This document shows positions 40,366-51,123 of a stretch of DNA of 64,000 nt, piece by piece. Within the stretch, counting starts at the first letter, position 1, and the number at the start of each line of letters is the position of its first letter. The position numbers and the translations under genes are program-made. This DNA comes from Lytechinus pictus (lineage: Eukaryota), in NCBI RefSeq assembly GCF_037042905.1, contig NC_087245.1, positions 8,558,001-8,622,000 on the forward strand, read 5' to 3'. The notes beneath the pieces were generated by a model, which saw only the letters and a program-made list of their open reading frames with translations, was not told the DNA's origin and searched no databases.

Positions 40366-42036
40366 CAGGGCGCGACAAACCCGCTTGCCCGGGGCAAGTG
40401 AAATTGACGTGTGGGCAAGCATTTTTCAAAGTCAATTGCCCGATCGGGCAAGTGGTTGTTTTGAAAATGCAAAAGATAATTGACAGTAAAAGTTTAATAA
40501 TTGTTTGATAAATTGCACTCATCGGCCAATTATCTCTCATACAATGTCATACCAGTAAAAAAACAGTGGAAACATGTCAAATCAGCGCCAATTTACCGAC
40601 AATTTATCGCCAGCGGTCCCGTTCGATGGGGGCTGCCATCTTACTTTCTTAACTACACTGTGCGCATGCGCTACTAATCGACGAAGGAGCTAGCTGGGAA
40701 AACCCTTCTCTCGCCCTCTGAGCGCTGTACGGACGTACACGAGTGATCGCGAGCCAGTCGACTCTCAAGCTAGATCGCGCTGAATGCATGCAAGCATCGG
40801 ACTGACTCGGCCAGGATCAGGGTGACCAGACGTCCCGTATTTTATTCATTTCTAAAACATTTTAGTTTTTTTTTATTTTAAAAATATTTAAAAAAAACAC
40901 CAAATATCATTAGGATTTTTGTTATATGATTGGATTGTTTTTATTTGCTTGAAGTTTGAACTTTTTCCTCTTTCTTTCTTTTCTATCCTTCCTTCTTGCC
41001 CTTTTTATCTATTTTTATTTCCTGATCCTTTCTCTCTCTCTCTGTTCATTTTCTTTCTTTCCTTCTTTCTCTTGCCTTCTTTATTACATTTCTCTTTTTA
41101 TTTCCTTCTCACTTCCACTCGTTTTTATTTTCGTTCTTTCTCTCCTTTCATTATTTTCTTCTTTTTTTTCATTCTGGCCTCCCTTCATTCTTTCCTCCTT
41201 TCTTTCTTTCATTATTTTTTCATTTTGTCCTTCTTATTCTTTTCCCTTATACTTTCTTTCCCTTTCTTCCTTCCCTCCTTCCTTCCGGTTTTCTTCTTTC
41301 TTTGTTTCTTTCTTTCCAAGAATGAAGGAAACATTTTCTTTCCTTCATTCTTTCTTTCCTCCTCTTTTTTCTTACTTTCTTTTTGTCTTTCTCTTCTTTA
41401 TTTTGACTTTGACACATTTATTCATTTTCCCTTCTTTTCTTTTTTTTCTTTCTATATTCAATTCAAAGAATGATGGAAACCTTTTTATCTATTTTTATTC
41501 TCTCTCTCATCCTTCTTTTATTACTACTTTCTTATATTTTTTATTATTTCCTTCATTTTCCCCTTCATTTTTTCTTTCTTTCTTCTCAATTCATCTCTTT
41601 TCTTTCTCTCCTTCATTCTTTCGTTCACCCTCCCTTCCAATTCTGTATATTTTTTTCACAAGTCTAACACTGTGTAGCCTTCTTTCTTGATCTTTTTTTT
41701 GTCGATTGTCCTGTATTTCATTTTGTGAAATCTGATCACCCTGGCCAGGACTCGGCTTCAACTTCAAATCAAATAAACAATGAGTCGTCAGACTAAAATA
41801 GGCGACTTTTGTTGTCGTGATCGGCGACCAGAACAACTTGAACAAGAGTCAAGAAAAAGAAATGACAAGGACAGCGCCAGTAAATCAAGTTCAACCAGGA
41901 CAGAAAAGAATATAATTAAGAGCAAAAGAATTTTTGAAAAAAAATCGGGCAAGCAGTTTTTTCTATCGGGCAAGCAAATTTTTTTATCACTTGCCCGACA
42001 GGGCAAGTGATGATTTTTTTTGTTTGTAGAGGCCTG
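40366..42036. mobile_element. hAT-like element with a 6-bp TSD
   Basis: TIR CAGGGCGCGACAAAC/GTTTGTAGAGGCCTG; GGGCAAG subterminal repeats; TSD CTATAC defined against the empty site in the left arm. Confidence 0.75.
40818..41743. mobile_element. hAT MITE with a pyrimidine-rich interior
   Basis: TIR CAGGGTGACCAGA/TCTGATCACCCTG; 8-bp TSD GCCAGGA(T/C). Confidence 0.8.
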
Positions 42037-42407
42037 CTATACTGTTGAAACTGTCCCCACCGCCGTGAAATTCAAACTTGGTTCCCGTTGAGTGGGGACT
42101 GTATCACGAGTATATAATAGGGAGAGAACCCAAGTGTATATACCAGTATACAGCACTTGTTCACTGCTACCATCCTGTCTGTGGAGAATCTACGGGTAGG
42201 ACTATGGTATGCCAATGCTGTATTGAGCACTCACTTTAAAAAATCATTAAAATATCACTTTTGTGACCAAAATTATTCATTTCCATACAGTTGCAATTCA
42301 ATTTTCATTAGTAACTAAGAATAATTTTTGTATTGACCAGAGCGCTCAAAAACTTGAATTTTTGGCATATTTTTGTGTACTCCCTCTATTGGTGGAAAGT
42401 AATATGG

Positions 42408-43054
42408 TGTAACAGTAAATTTTGCTGGGTTTATTTATTTAATCTGTACTCTTACATTTGGCTTTCCATACTTTATTGCTTACATTCAACTTGTTTATTT
42501 CAACTCATCTCATCCTTCTTTCCATCCTCGCAATCCACATACATTGTCATGATCTCATCTTTCATTCCATCTCCACAATACATCTCACATAGCAACACAG
42601 GTTCATTGCATTTCATTCTTTCATTCAGTTTCCCCTCAGTCCTGGTTTTCCATTAGCTTTCCACTCCACATGGTCTTATTGTTTAATTCTCATTAGGATT
42701 CAGTTTAACTCATGATCATCCCTCTCTATTCTCTGATTGGTTCTTATTTTTAAATAGGGTTAGTTCATGTTATAGTTCATACCATTTTCCTTGTATTTGA
42801 TTGGTTGATTTCTATGATTATCCAATGTGGGTACATTGGCAGAACTTCCCGGAAGATTAGATTGGAAAGTAAAGTCAGTGCTGATCTGGACTTCGTGTTA
42901 AGTTCTAATTTATTCTGTGTTCACCCTATCTTCAGTTTAATAATTTTAGTTTAATTAAAGATAGGAGAGCTTTGGAGATTGAATTTACAGGAGAGCATAG
43001 GAGACTGAAGTGCAAGAGTTTATGATTTTGGAGTGTACAAACGGTCATGTTACA
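42408..43054. mobile_element. Solo LTR (Gypsy-like)
   Basis: TGTAACA...TGTTACA termini; 4-bp TSD ATGG; absent from the paralogous hAT copy. Confidence 0.8.
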
Positions 43055-43299
43055 ATGGCAAGAAAATTTTCATTTTTCAAGCTCTATTTTTAATAAAGAA
43101 AAAATAATTTAATTTAAAGAATCAAATTTACTTAAGAGCCAAGTTATATAATGAAAAGCTGTTATGGAAACTGACAGTGTAAAAAAATCAAGCATTTGTC
43201 CAAGAGAAAAGAGAAAATAATCCAAACGCTGTCAACCTTATTTTGCCACACATAGAGATGTAACCGAGAACAAGGTTATATCATAACCTTGTTCATTGA

Positions 43300-43827
43300 T
43301 AACCCAGAGAGCTCCCGCCCGCACAGCGGGCGGGAGCCCAGAAGCTTACCGTGTATTTTACCATTGTCACCGGACTAGGGTGATTTATGGTCTAAATATT
43401 TCTCCAAATGAATTGTGAAAACAGAAAGTATACAATTACCATGATTATATGGATGAAGGTCTAACGAGTGGCAGATTCCTGACATCTGGGCACAGTCTGG
43501 AACCTCAAAAAAACGAAAAGTTCTCTCCTTCTACCCCGTCTCGATCGGCCATTTTTGTTAAAAATCGTAACAAAATGGCCGATCGAGACTGGGTAGAAGG
43601 AGAGAACTTTTCGTTTTTTTGAGGTTCCAGACTGTGCCCAGATGTCAGGAATCTGCCACTCGTTAGACCTTCATCCATATAATCGTGGTAATTGTATACT
43701 TTCCGTTTTCACAATTCATTTGGAGAAATATTTAGACCATAAATCACCCTAGTCCGGTGACAATGGTAAAATACACGGTAAGCTTCTGGGCTCCCGCCCG
43801 CTACGCGGGCGGGAGCTCTCTGGGTTA
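43300..43827. mobile_element. Near-perfect palindromic MITE with a 9-bp TSD (Mutator-like)
   Basis: ~260-bp arms around a ~7-nt loop; TSD GTTCATTGA; empty site near 37990. Confidence 0.88.
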
Positions 43828-46503
43828 GTTCATTGAATGAGTGGTATACAGTGTGTGTTTCATTTGTGTGTGTTATAATTTCGAAAGCTTTTTAGAGCTG
43901 TGCGAGAGTTGGGGACTGTGTTCTGGAGAAAGGAGGTGATTTTCATGCGTTCTGGTAGGGGGGATTCTAATAATCCCCATTTTTGGATTTGGGGACTATA
44001 TCACGATTATGCCCGTAACTACGGGAAGCTCCGGGGGTAGTCGCGACCCAGAAGACGCGGTGCGGCGGAGCTCCTTGCTCCATATACATAGATCTCTACA
44101 TCCACCATTTCGTAAGACTTAACATTCTAAACAATAAAATAAATGTCTACAAATATTCATCACTCCTTCACTCTTTGAAGAAAAGATGATACTCACATTT
44201 ACCGGGCAATTTTTTGAGGGACTTCAGCTGATTGTTTACACTTCCAAGTCATGCAGCTACGCCTACGGTTTACAGGATCCAAATGGATCAATCACGCGCG
44301 CGCGCAAGCTAGCTAGCTAGCTAGCTTAGCTCGTACCGTATGACGACCTCAGCTCCACCTGGTACCATAGCTTTATCCAACTCTGTGGCTCCACCTCAGC
44401 TATGAGCAGAGATGATTATTAACGTTAGACAAGATCTACTGTAGTCGACTAGCCAGAGGTTGCATATAATGATAAAAAATAAGTGATAGTCACTTTCAAA
44501 AAGAGTAAAAAGCAACAATTATAATATGTGGTTGTGTTGTCAATGAATGCCAGTCATATTGAATTCATCGATAATGAAAAAAAATCAGTAGCAAATAAAT
44601 ACTGATCTGTCCAAACTATGAGTCAAATGCCCTCCAAAACCACAATAATTTTGTCTTTTCAGCTCTGACATTAGTCCAATTATTCTTATTTAGAATAGTC
44701 AAATTTTGTAGCTTCCCAATTACTTTAGAGTTGTACGCTTGACAGATTGATTGTAACTAGGGAAGTGGGAGTTAGACTCTGTTGTAACTAAGTTCAGAAC
44801 ATTATAATCATTATCAGGGTAATACTGGTACCATTCAGCATGTATGATTTGGTTTGATAAAAAGCAATACTTTCAACTGCTTTATTGCATTAGTCGTATC
44901 TAAAGTAAAAAAACGTGAAACAAAGATTTCTTTCTCCTCTCTGCCCAAATCTCATTTAATATTTTTACACTGTTCTTCATTCTTTCTACCTCTTCCTCTT
45001 TCCTTTTCTCCATCTTCCCATCTTCTCCTCTTACACTCTCCTTCCCACATTTCGTTCATCTTGCACACATCTTGTTTCAAATCTATTTCAGTGTTTTTCA
45101 CCTAGAAACATACAGCGCATTCAATGACCCGGAGATAGTAAGGAGCTACATGTACGTCCAGAATGAGTGAACAACTCTGGTTACAGACTGATTTTGCAAC
45201 CTCAATGCGAAATGTGTAACAGAGAAGTGTGCCAATTGGTTACTGATTCCACAGAACACATGCAATATAGGGCTTAATGGACATAAATCTGGCAAAGGCC
45301 CAACCAGAATTTGACCTGGTGATCAGTCAGGCTGCTGAAACAAAGACAAATCTCCCTTTTGCACAGTCTATTCTACACCCTCACTGAGATTGCAAAAACT
45401 GCCGAGAACATTACCACAGGAGCTTTTCCTACTGCAGTAGTTTTTATTTATCTTAAGGCACAGGGTTGTTAGGATCAGGATTAGGGTAAAATTTGAGTTT
45501 AGGTTTTATAACTGACTTTAAATACCGAAAACATTTTCTATGATGGCTATTTACAAGAAAGCAAATGTCATAATGTAATTTCAAACCTGTATACTCACGA
45601 TAAAATTACAATATACTTCACACATTTCTTGCATCACTGACTTTATTATCAAATTTACTCACTTTCTTTCAGGAATAATATGCATTGATTTTAATGTACA
45701 CATGTCCTCTTCAGTGAATAAAGTAGATATTTCCATTGTCAATGCATTCCTCAATTACAACATATAAACTTATTTTGAGTTTATTTTTTGAGGCATGAAC
45801 TATTCACTGTCATTTTCTATGTACAATACCTCAAATGTAAAAAATAAGCATTAGAATATTTCATCTTGACAACTACACAATTAAAAATTATTGATATCTC
45901 AGAACATCAAAGCCCATATTCAATTATTTAGTACAATACGGTCCCCTCAGACAACATCATCAAATCATAACAATTCAACACAGATGAACTCAAATTAAGT
46001 CTAATGATGACCATGGTATTTCATTATGTGAGCTAATGAGACAAGGTATGAAGAACATCATATATTTAAATATAGTCTTCAGTGGAAATTAGGCATCTTG
46101 AATGCAAAGGTTTTGTAATTATGCATGGTGGATGGGATATATTCTTCCACATAAATTAGTTTTTTTTAACGAAAAATATAAAATACAAAACAAAAATTGA
46201 ACTATTAATAACTTGCATATATAATTCAAATAAAGGCTTTGGACTAGAACACATGAGGTTTACTTTCATAAAGCAATGGAGATTCAAGTGTCCAACAGGA
46301 TGGAAAACAAATCATAATACAATACACGTACATTTCCAAGAATTAGGCAAACATCTACAAGAGGATAACACAAGTATCAAACACCAACTGCATTTTTATT
46401 TGGAGATATCATGATATGTAAACAATTATCAATTTCTTACTTAGGGTGTGTATTCATCAATGGTGTGATAGATTCAAGACGTACCTCCATAAATCGTAGT
46501 TAA

Positions 46504-47098
46504 AGGGGAATCCAGCCTTTGCCATAAAATGTTGTTTTGGGAAGGAGAAAAATAAATTAAACAGAATGGCGAAAGTTTGAAAGAAATCGGACAAGGGATA
46601 AGAAAGTTATAGCTGCTTTTAAATTGAGATCACTAATAGTATGTAGATTTCAAATTGGCAACTGGGTAAGTAAATTATGGCAAGGGGCAAGGACAACTTT
46701 CCCATAGGCCATGTACTTTATTATCAGGGATTCGTGGTTTTCTCCTAAGTACCCATTCCCCTGGGGCAGTAATCTAAATATAATCCAGGTATATTGTTTT
46801 ATGTCCTCATGATGAAAGAAAAATATAATTTGAAATAAAACATTTTGGGAAAATGACATTTTAGCCATAATATGTATTGGAGTACATGGAAGAGTAGTCC
46901 TTGCCTTACATCACTATGACATCCCATATGCGGCCAATTTGAAGTCTCCATGGGTATAGTGATTACCAATATTTACAACTTTTAAAAAATCATAACTTTC
47001 TTGTTGTTTGTCCAATATTGTTCAAACTTTCACCTATCAACTTGTCTGATTTTTCTTTTTCTTATAAAAACAAGTTTTTATTTGAGTTGGATTCCCCT
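46504..47098. mobile_element. TTAA-flanked MITE (Kolobok-like)
   Basis: TTAA|AGGGGAATCCA...TGGATTCCCCT|TTAA. Confidence 0.8.
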
Positions 47099-48198
47099 TT
47101 AAGCAAGCTCATAATACAAATTGAAATACTTTTAAACCATCAAGGGGCGGACATACTATTGTGTTATTTCAACCATGCACATGATTTTGCATTTTTTTTA
47201 AGTCAGAGAAAGGTAGCTAGCCAACTCTTCAAAATAGAAATACTATTGGTATCTGGATAATATAGAAATAATATTGGTATCTGGATGATATCTGTATAAG
47301 GTAAGATTTGATAAGACACAATTCTATAATTCTCCTTGAAATTACTTGAAACTCTAAGAACTCAAATGTACCCATCCACAAACAGAATTAAGTGTTATGA
47401 TAAAACAGTTAAGCTATGCAGTTTTACACAGTTCCAAAATCTTATCAATTCCCATTAAAAAGAGATACAAGTAATGCAGTAAATCAGGCTACAGAAAATC
47501 AAAAAAGTTCCTTATATCAAAATTTGTCATTATATTTGTAACAGGAAACAATAGCAGCAAGAGAAACCTACTAATGTTTACACAGAATAAATAAGCAATG
47601 GAACCTAAGAGCAATGGTATTACACCAACTCAAAGTGATGATCAGGTGATAATAATAATCTGATAATACCCTATGTAATATCATTCTTTTTATTAAATTG
47701 TATTTGATATAAGAGTGTTCCTGATAAAAGTAAATAAAGACATGTGATATCTCACTCACAGCTGCCAGCTGTTCATATTTGTATTGTTTATTTCTCATAT
47801 TATTGTAGAAATAAATGATTTGATTAGATTTGTTTACATTCTACCATTAAAAAACAGATATACGTTTCTTCCAGTAAAACAATGTGATAAAGGTAGCTCC
47901 ATAGGCTCCACCAAACATTCATTAACTAATAATGCTTCAAAGCACATAACTCCCTATGATCATCAATACTATAAAGACTAATAATTGCCTTTACACAACT
48001 GGAAAGCAGTGTCGGAAACAATAACTGACCATTGAACTGACAATATTTGACAAACTATCGTTCATATTTAAACACTGTCATGAGAATGCCATCATAAATG
48101 TAATGTACACAGAAAGGAAGCAGATATATATATACAAAAATAAGATAGGGCCAATTGACATGGTGATCCTCGGAAGAAAGAGATAGATGAATAGAGGT

Positions 48199-48265
48199 TT
48201 AGAAGATATCACTGTCATCAGGGGCATCTAGGTCCCGGTACTGGATTAGAGAACGTGGGTCACCC
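48199..48265 (-). CDS. SRRT: SRRT last coding exon
   Basis: GDPRSLIQYRDLDAPDDSDIF* carries the conserved Ars2 C-terminal YRDLDAP motif; TAA stop. Confidence 0.95.
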
Positions 48266-48640
48266 CTGAAAAAATAACAAACAAAAGAACGTTTGATTAG
48301 TAAAACAGGCCTGAAATACTGTTGTGGTTAGATTAAAAAACATTTACACTCACTATACCTTAAATGTTGTAGATTTACATGAGGTAAACAAACATTCATG
48401 TGAAAGGCGAGGTGAAAAAACCCGTTTACTGTTACAGTAGTTGCGTTTAGAAGAAATTTTTTCTGTATGGACTCTTGATTAAAACATTAATATTAGGGCC
48501 GAGTCAAACGTCCTGTTAAACACTGTTCGAATGACCAGTTTATTCAAAAGAATAAACATCTTCTTTGGTCTACTCCGTATTCCTACATAAAATTCTACAA
48601 GTGGGACTAAATATTGTGGTCCATATGTGACATGAACTAA

Positions 48641-48747
48641 ACTTTTGGGAAAGTTTTCAGTTTTTTACCCCAGTGGTTAACCCTAACCACCTGTTTTGGG
48701 AAAGCTTTCAGTTTTTTACCCCAGTGGTTAACCCTAACCACCTGTTT
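48641..48747. repeat. ~51-bp direct duplication
   Basis: TTTTGGGAAAG...AACCCTAACCACCTGTTT occurs twice. Confidence 0.85.
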
Positions 48748-48958
48748 ATTAATTGCATCTAAATGATTTTGAAAAACTAAACGTAATTAGTATATTTTTG
48801 TTAAATAAACCTTACCTTTTTAAAATACAGTATATCAGCAACATATTTTACATGTATTCTACTTTTCTTGACTAATGATTAGAAAAATCATATAAATCAA
48901 AACCACAGAGCTAAATCTTGTCATTCCAATCGGAGAAGCTGTTCAGCATATACTTTAA

Positions 48959-49563
48959 AAGGATGCTCCAGGCTGAAGATGTTTATATCTCAATAAACAG
49001 AGTAAAATTCACAGAGCAAATATGCTGAAAATTTTATCAAAATCTGATAATACATAACAAAGTTATCAAATTTTAAAGAGTTGCATTATTCCGGTGAAAC
49101 AGTTCAAGGCATGTCTTCATGAATATTTATTAGATGGGCTGATGAAGTCATATCCCCACTTGTTCTTTTGTATTTTTAAATAATTAAAATTAGGTTTATT
49201 CAAATTTTTTCTACCTAGAAATATAACAATTGGATTGATAACTGATTAGTGCATTAGTTATTCATTGCTGCAACTTATCTCATCATAATGGAGACACATC
49301 AATTACACATTTGTGAAAAAATGAAACAATTATGATTTCATGTAATAACATAAGAAAAAGAAAAGTGGGGATGTGACATCATCAGCCCACCTAATGAATA
49401 TTCATGAAGACATGCCTAGAACTGTTTCACAGGAATAATGCACATCTTTAAACTTCAGTAACTTCTTTATTTGTTATACGATTTTGATGAAATTTTCAGC
49501 ATTTTGTTCTGTGAATTTCACTCTATTCATTTAGATATAAATATCTTCAGCCCAGGTATCCCT
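48959..49563. mobile_element. Palindromic TTAA-flanked MITE (Kolobok-like)
   Basis: Long imperfect inverted arms; TTAA on both sides. Confidence 0.8.
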
Positions 49564-49654
49564 TTAAAAAGATGAGAATTAAGGTATATTGTCCGATAGA
49601 TGAAGACAACTGTATATTCCTAGTCTATTCTCACCAAAAAGCATGTAGTCTCAC

Positions 49655-49748
49655 CTTCGCTGAAAGCTCCTTTGGTTACCACCTTGACTGGAATATCCAC
49701 CTCCACCATATGACTGATCATACCCTCCACGTCCAGATTGATTGAAAC
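49655..49748 (-). CDS. SRRT: SRRT penultimate coding exon
   Basis: FNQSGRGGYDQSYGGGGYSSQGGNQRSFQR; phase 1/2; AG and GTGAG. Confidence 0.85.
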
Positions 49749-49940
49749 CTGAAGTAAAAACAATTTTCAGAATTTTATTAGATTCATGCAATTGTGTTGT
49801 CTACATAGATTCAATACAAGCACTGGAGAAATATTCCATGCCCAATGCAATTTCTTCTGATGCAAGTAATGGGATAATAATTGAATCTTAGAATGAAATA
49901 GTAGTCATTATTACCAATACAAGGCATTTTAGCAGCTTAA

Positions 49941-50275
49941 CCCTAATTAGACAGGGGGGGGGGGGGCACATTTTTCGCGAGAAATCCGTCGCATAACATT
50001 TTTGACCACGTCACTTGCTGACTTTTTAACTTTGAAGTCTCGTGCAACTTTTCAGACCAAAATTGCTACCCCTGGGTACATTTTTTATAATACATATGGA
50101 TCAGATTCCTATAAAGAGTCTGTGAACCAAAAATTAGCATTTTAGGGGCATTATTTAGTTAATTAGTTAGCAATAAGATTTTTCACAGAATTTGATCTTA
50201 TAGTTTTGTAGATTATACCATGGGTAACACGCGTGCCAATTTTCGTCCCGTTGATATAGCTCAGTCTATTTAGGG
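49941..50275. mobile_element. piggyBac-like TTAA MITE (internally deleted copy)
   Basis: TTAA|CCCTAA...TTAGGG|TTAA; shares internal blocks with 2469-3151. Confidence 0.7.
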
Positions 50276-50390
50276 TTAATTAAAAGTAATTATTTCGCAC
50301 ACTACTTTCAATCTGAAACCAAAGCAGTAAATAGTAAGGAAAAAGGCACAAGAAATGAGAATTCCTAACATTATGCCACTATGTCTATAC

Positions 50391-50610
50391 CTCTACTGCT
50401 CTGTGAGAAACCCTGTTGGCCCCTATCTCTTCCTCCATCATAGCTTCCTTGCTGCTGGTAGCCTCTGTAACCACTACTGCTCCTCTGACCATTGTATCCC
50501 TGGTCTGATCCTTGGCTGTCATTGTTACTGGACTGTACTGGCTTTGGCTTAGCAGTTTCTACAACCTTGTGTCTACTTGAATCTTGTAGGTAGTTATTGA
50601 AGAACAGCAC
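50391..50610 (-). CDS. SRRT: SRRT exon
   Basis: VLFFNNYLQD followed by a G/S/Q/Y low-complexity tail; AG and GTATAG. Confidence 0.88.
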
Positions 50611-50969
50611 CTGTAGGCATTCAAATGGTGAATTAAGTAGTCATTTAAATCAAAGAACATGGTTTAAATGGCTTTTATGTATCACATTGTAACCATTAAC
50701 AAAGCATTCAATACATTTTTGCGCAACATTTGAGACCAATTTTGTGATGACTGGATCTGGGTAGGCAGTTGTGATGTTACTCAACATTTCGTAAGTGCAT
50801 GTGAGACAAAAATTGCTCAAAAACAGAATTTCAGGTACAAATCCATTGCAAATTATGTTTCCCCACCAACAAAGGATTAATATGCAGGCATACATACTCT
50901 CTTACCATTAATAAAGATAAAGTTTAGTTTCTATTGGTTTCCATGTTTAATTAATCACATTTGACCAAC

Positions 50970-51123
50970 CTCTTTCTTGACTGCCTCTATCTTGTCGCCA
51001 TGCTTATTGAAGATGTGTTTCCTGACAAACTCTGGTCCCTTGAACTTCTTTCCACTGAGAGGACAAAGCCACTTGTCCTTAGCAAGTTCCTTGGTGTTGG
51101 CCTTGATGAACTTCTCCACCTCC
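50970..51123 (-). CDS. SRRT: SRRT exon (C2H2-like zinc finger)
   Basis: [41 protein letters not shown] is the Ars2 zinc-finger region. Confidence 0.95.

Larger units (their letters stand above)
42154..43843. mobile_element. Non-autonomous hAT element, copy 2 (contains a solo LTR and a palindromic MITE)
   Basis: Same TIRs and body as 35945-38003; perfect 8-bp TSD GTATACAG. Confidence 0.85.
38084..44013. mobile_element. Giant foldback element with ~78-bp tandem subunits and an AT-rich centre
   Basis: Left arm 38084-~39415 is mirrored by 39430-40365, 42037-42153 and 43844-44013 once nested insertions are removed. Confidence 0.8.

Noticed and set aside
40919..41690. 184-aa and 244-aa Phe/Ser/Leu-rich ORFs
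   Set aside because: Polypyrimidine tract inside a MITE, which lacks stop codons by composition
35945..43843. Segmental duplication explaining the similarity of 35945-38003 and 42154-43843
   Set aside because: Similarity stops exactly at the TIRs and each copy has its own 8-bp TSD, so these are independent transpositions
48676..48740. TAACCCTAACC telomere-like motif
   Set aside because: Fewer than two full units, inside a local 51-bp duplication
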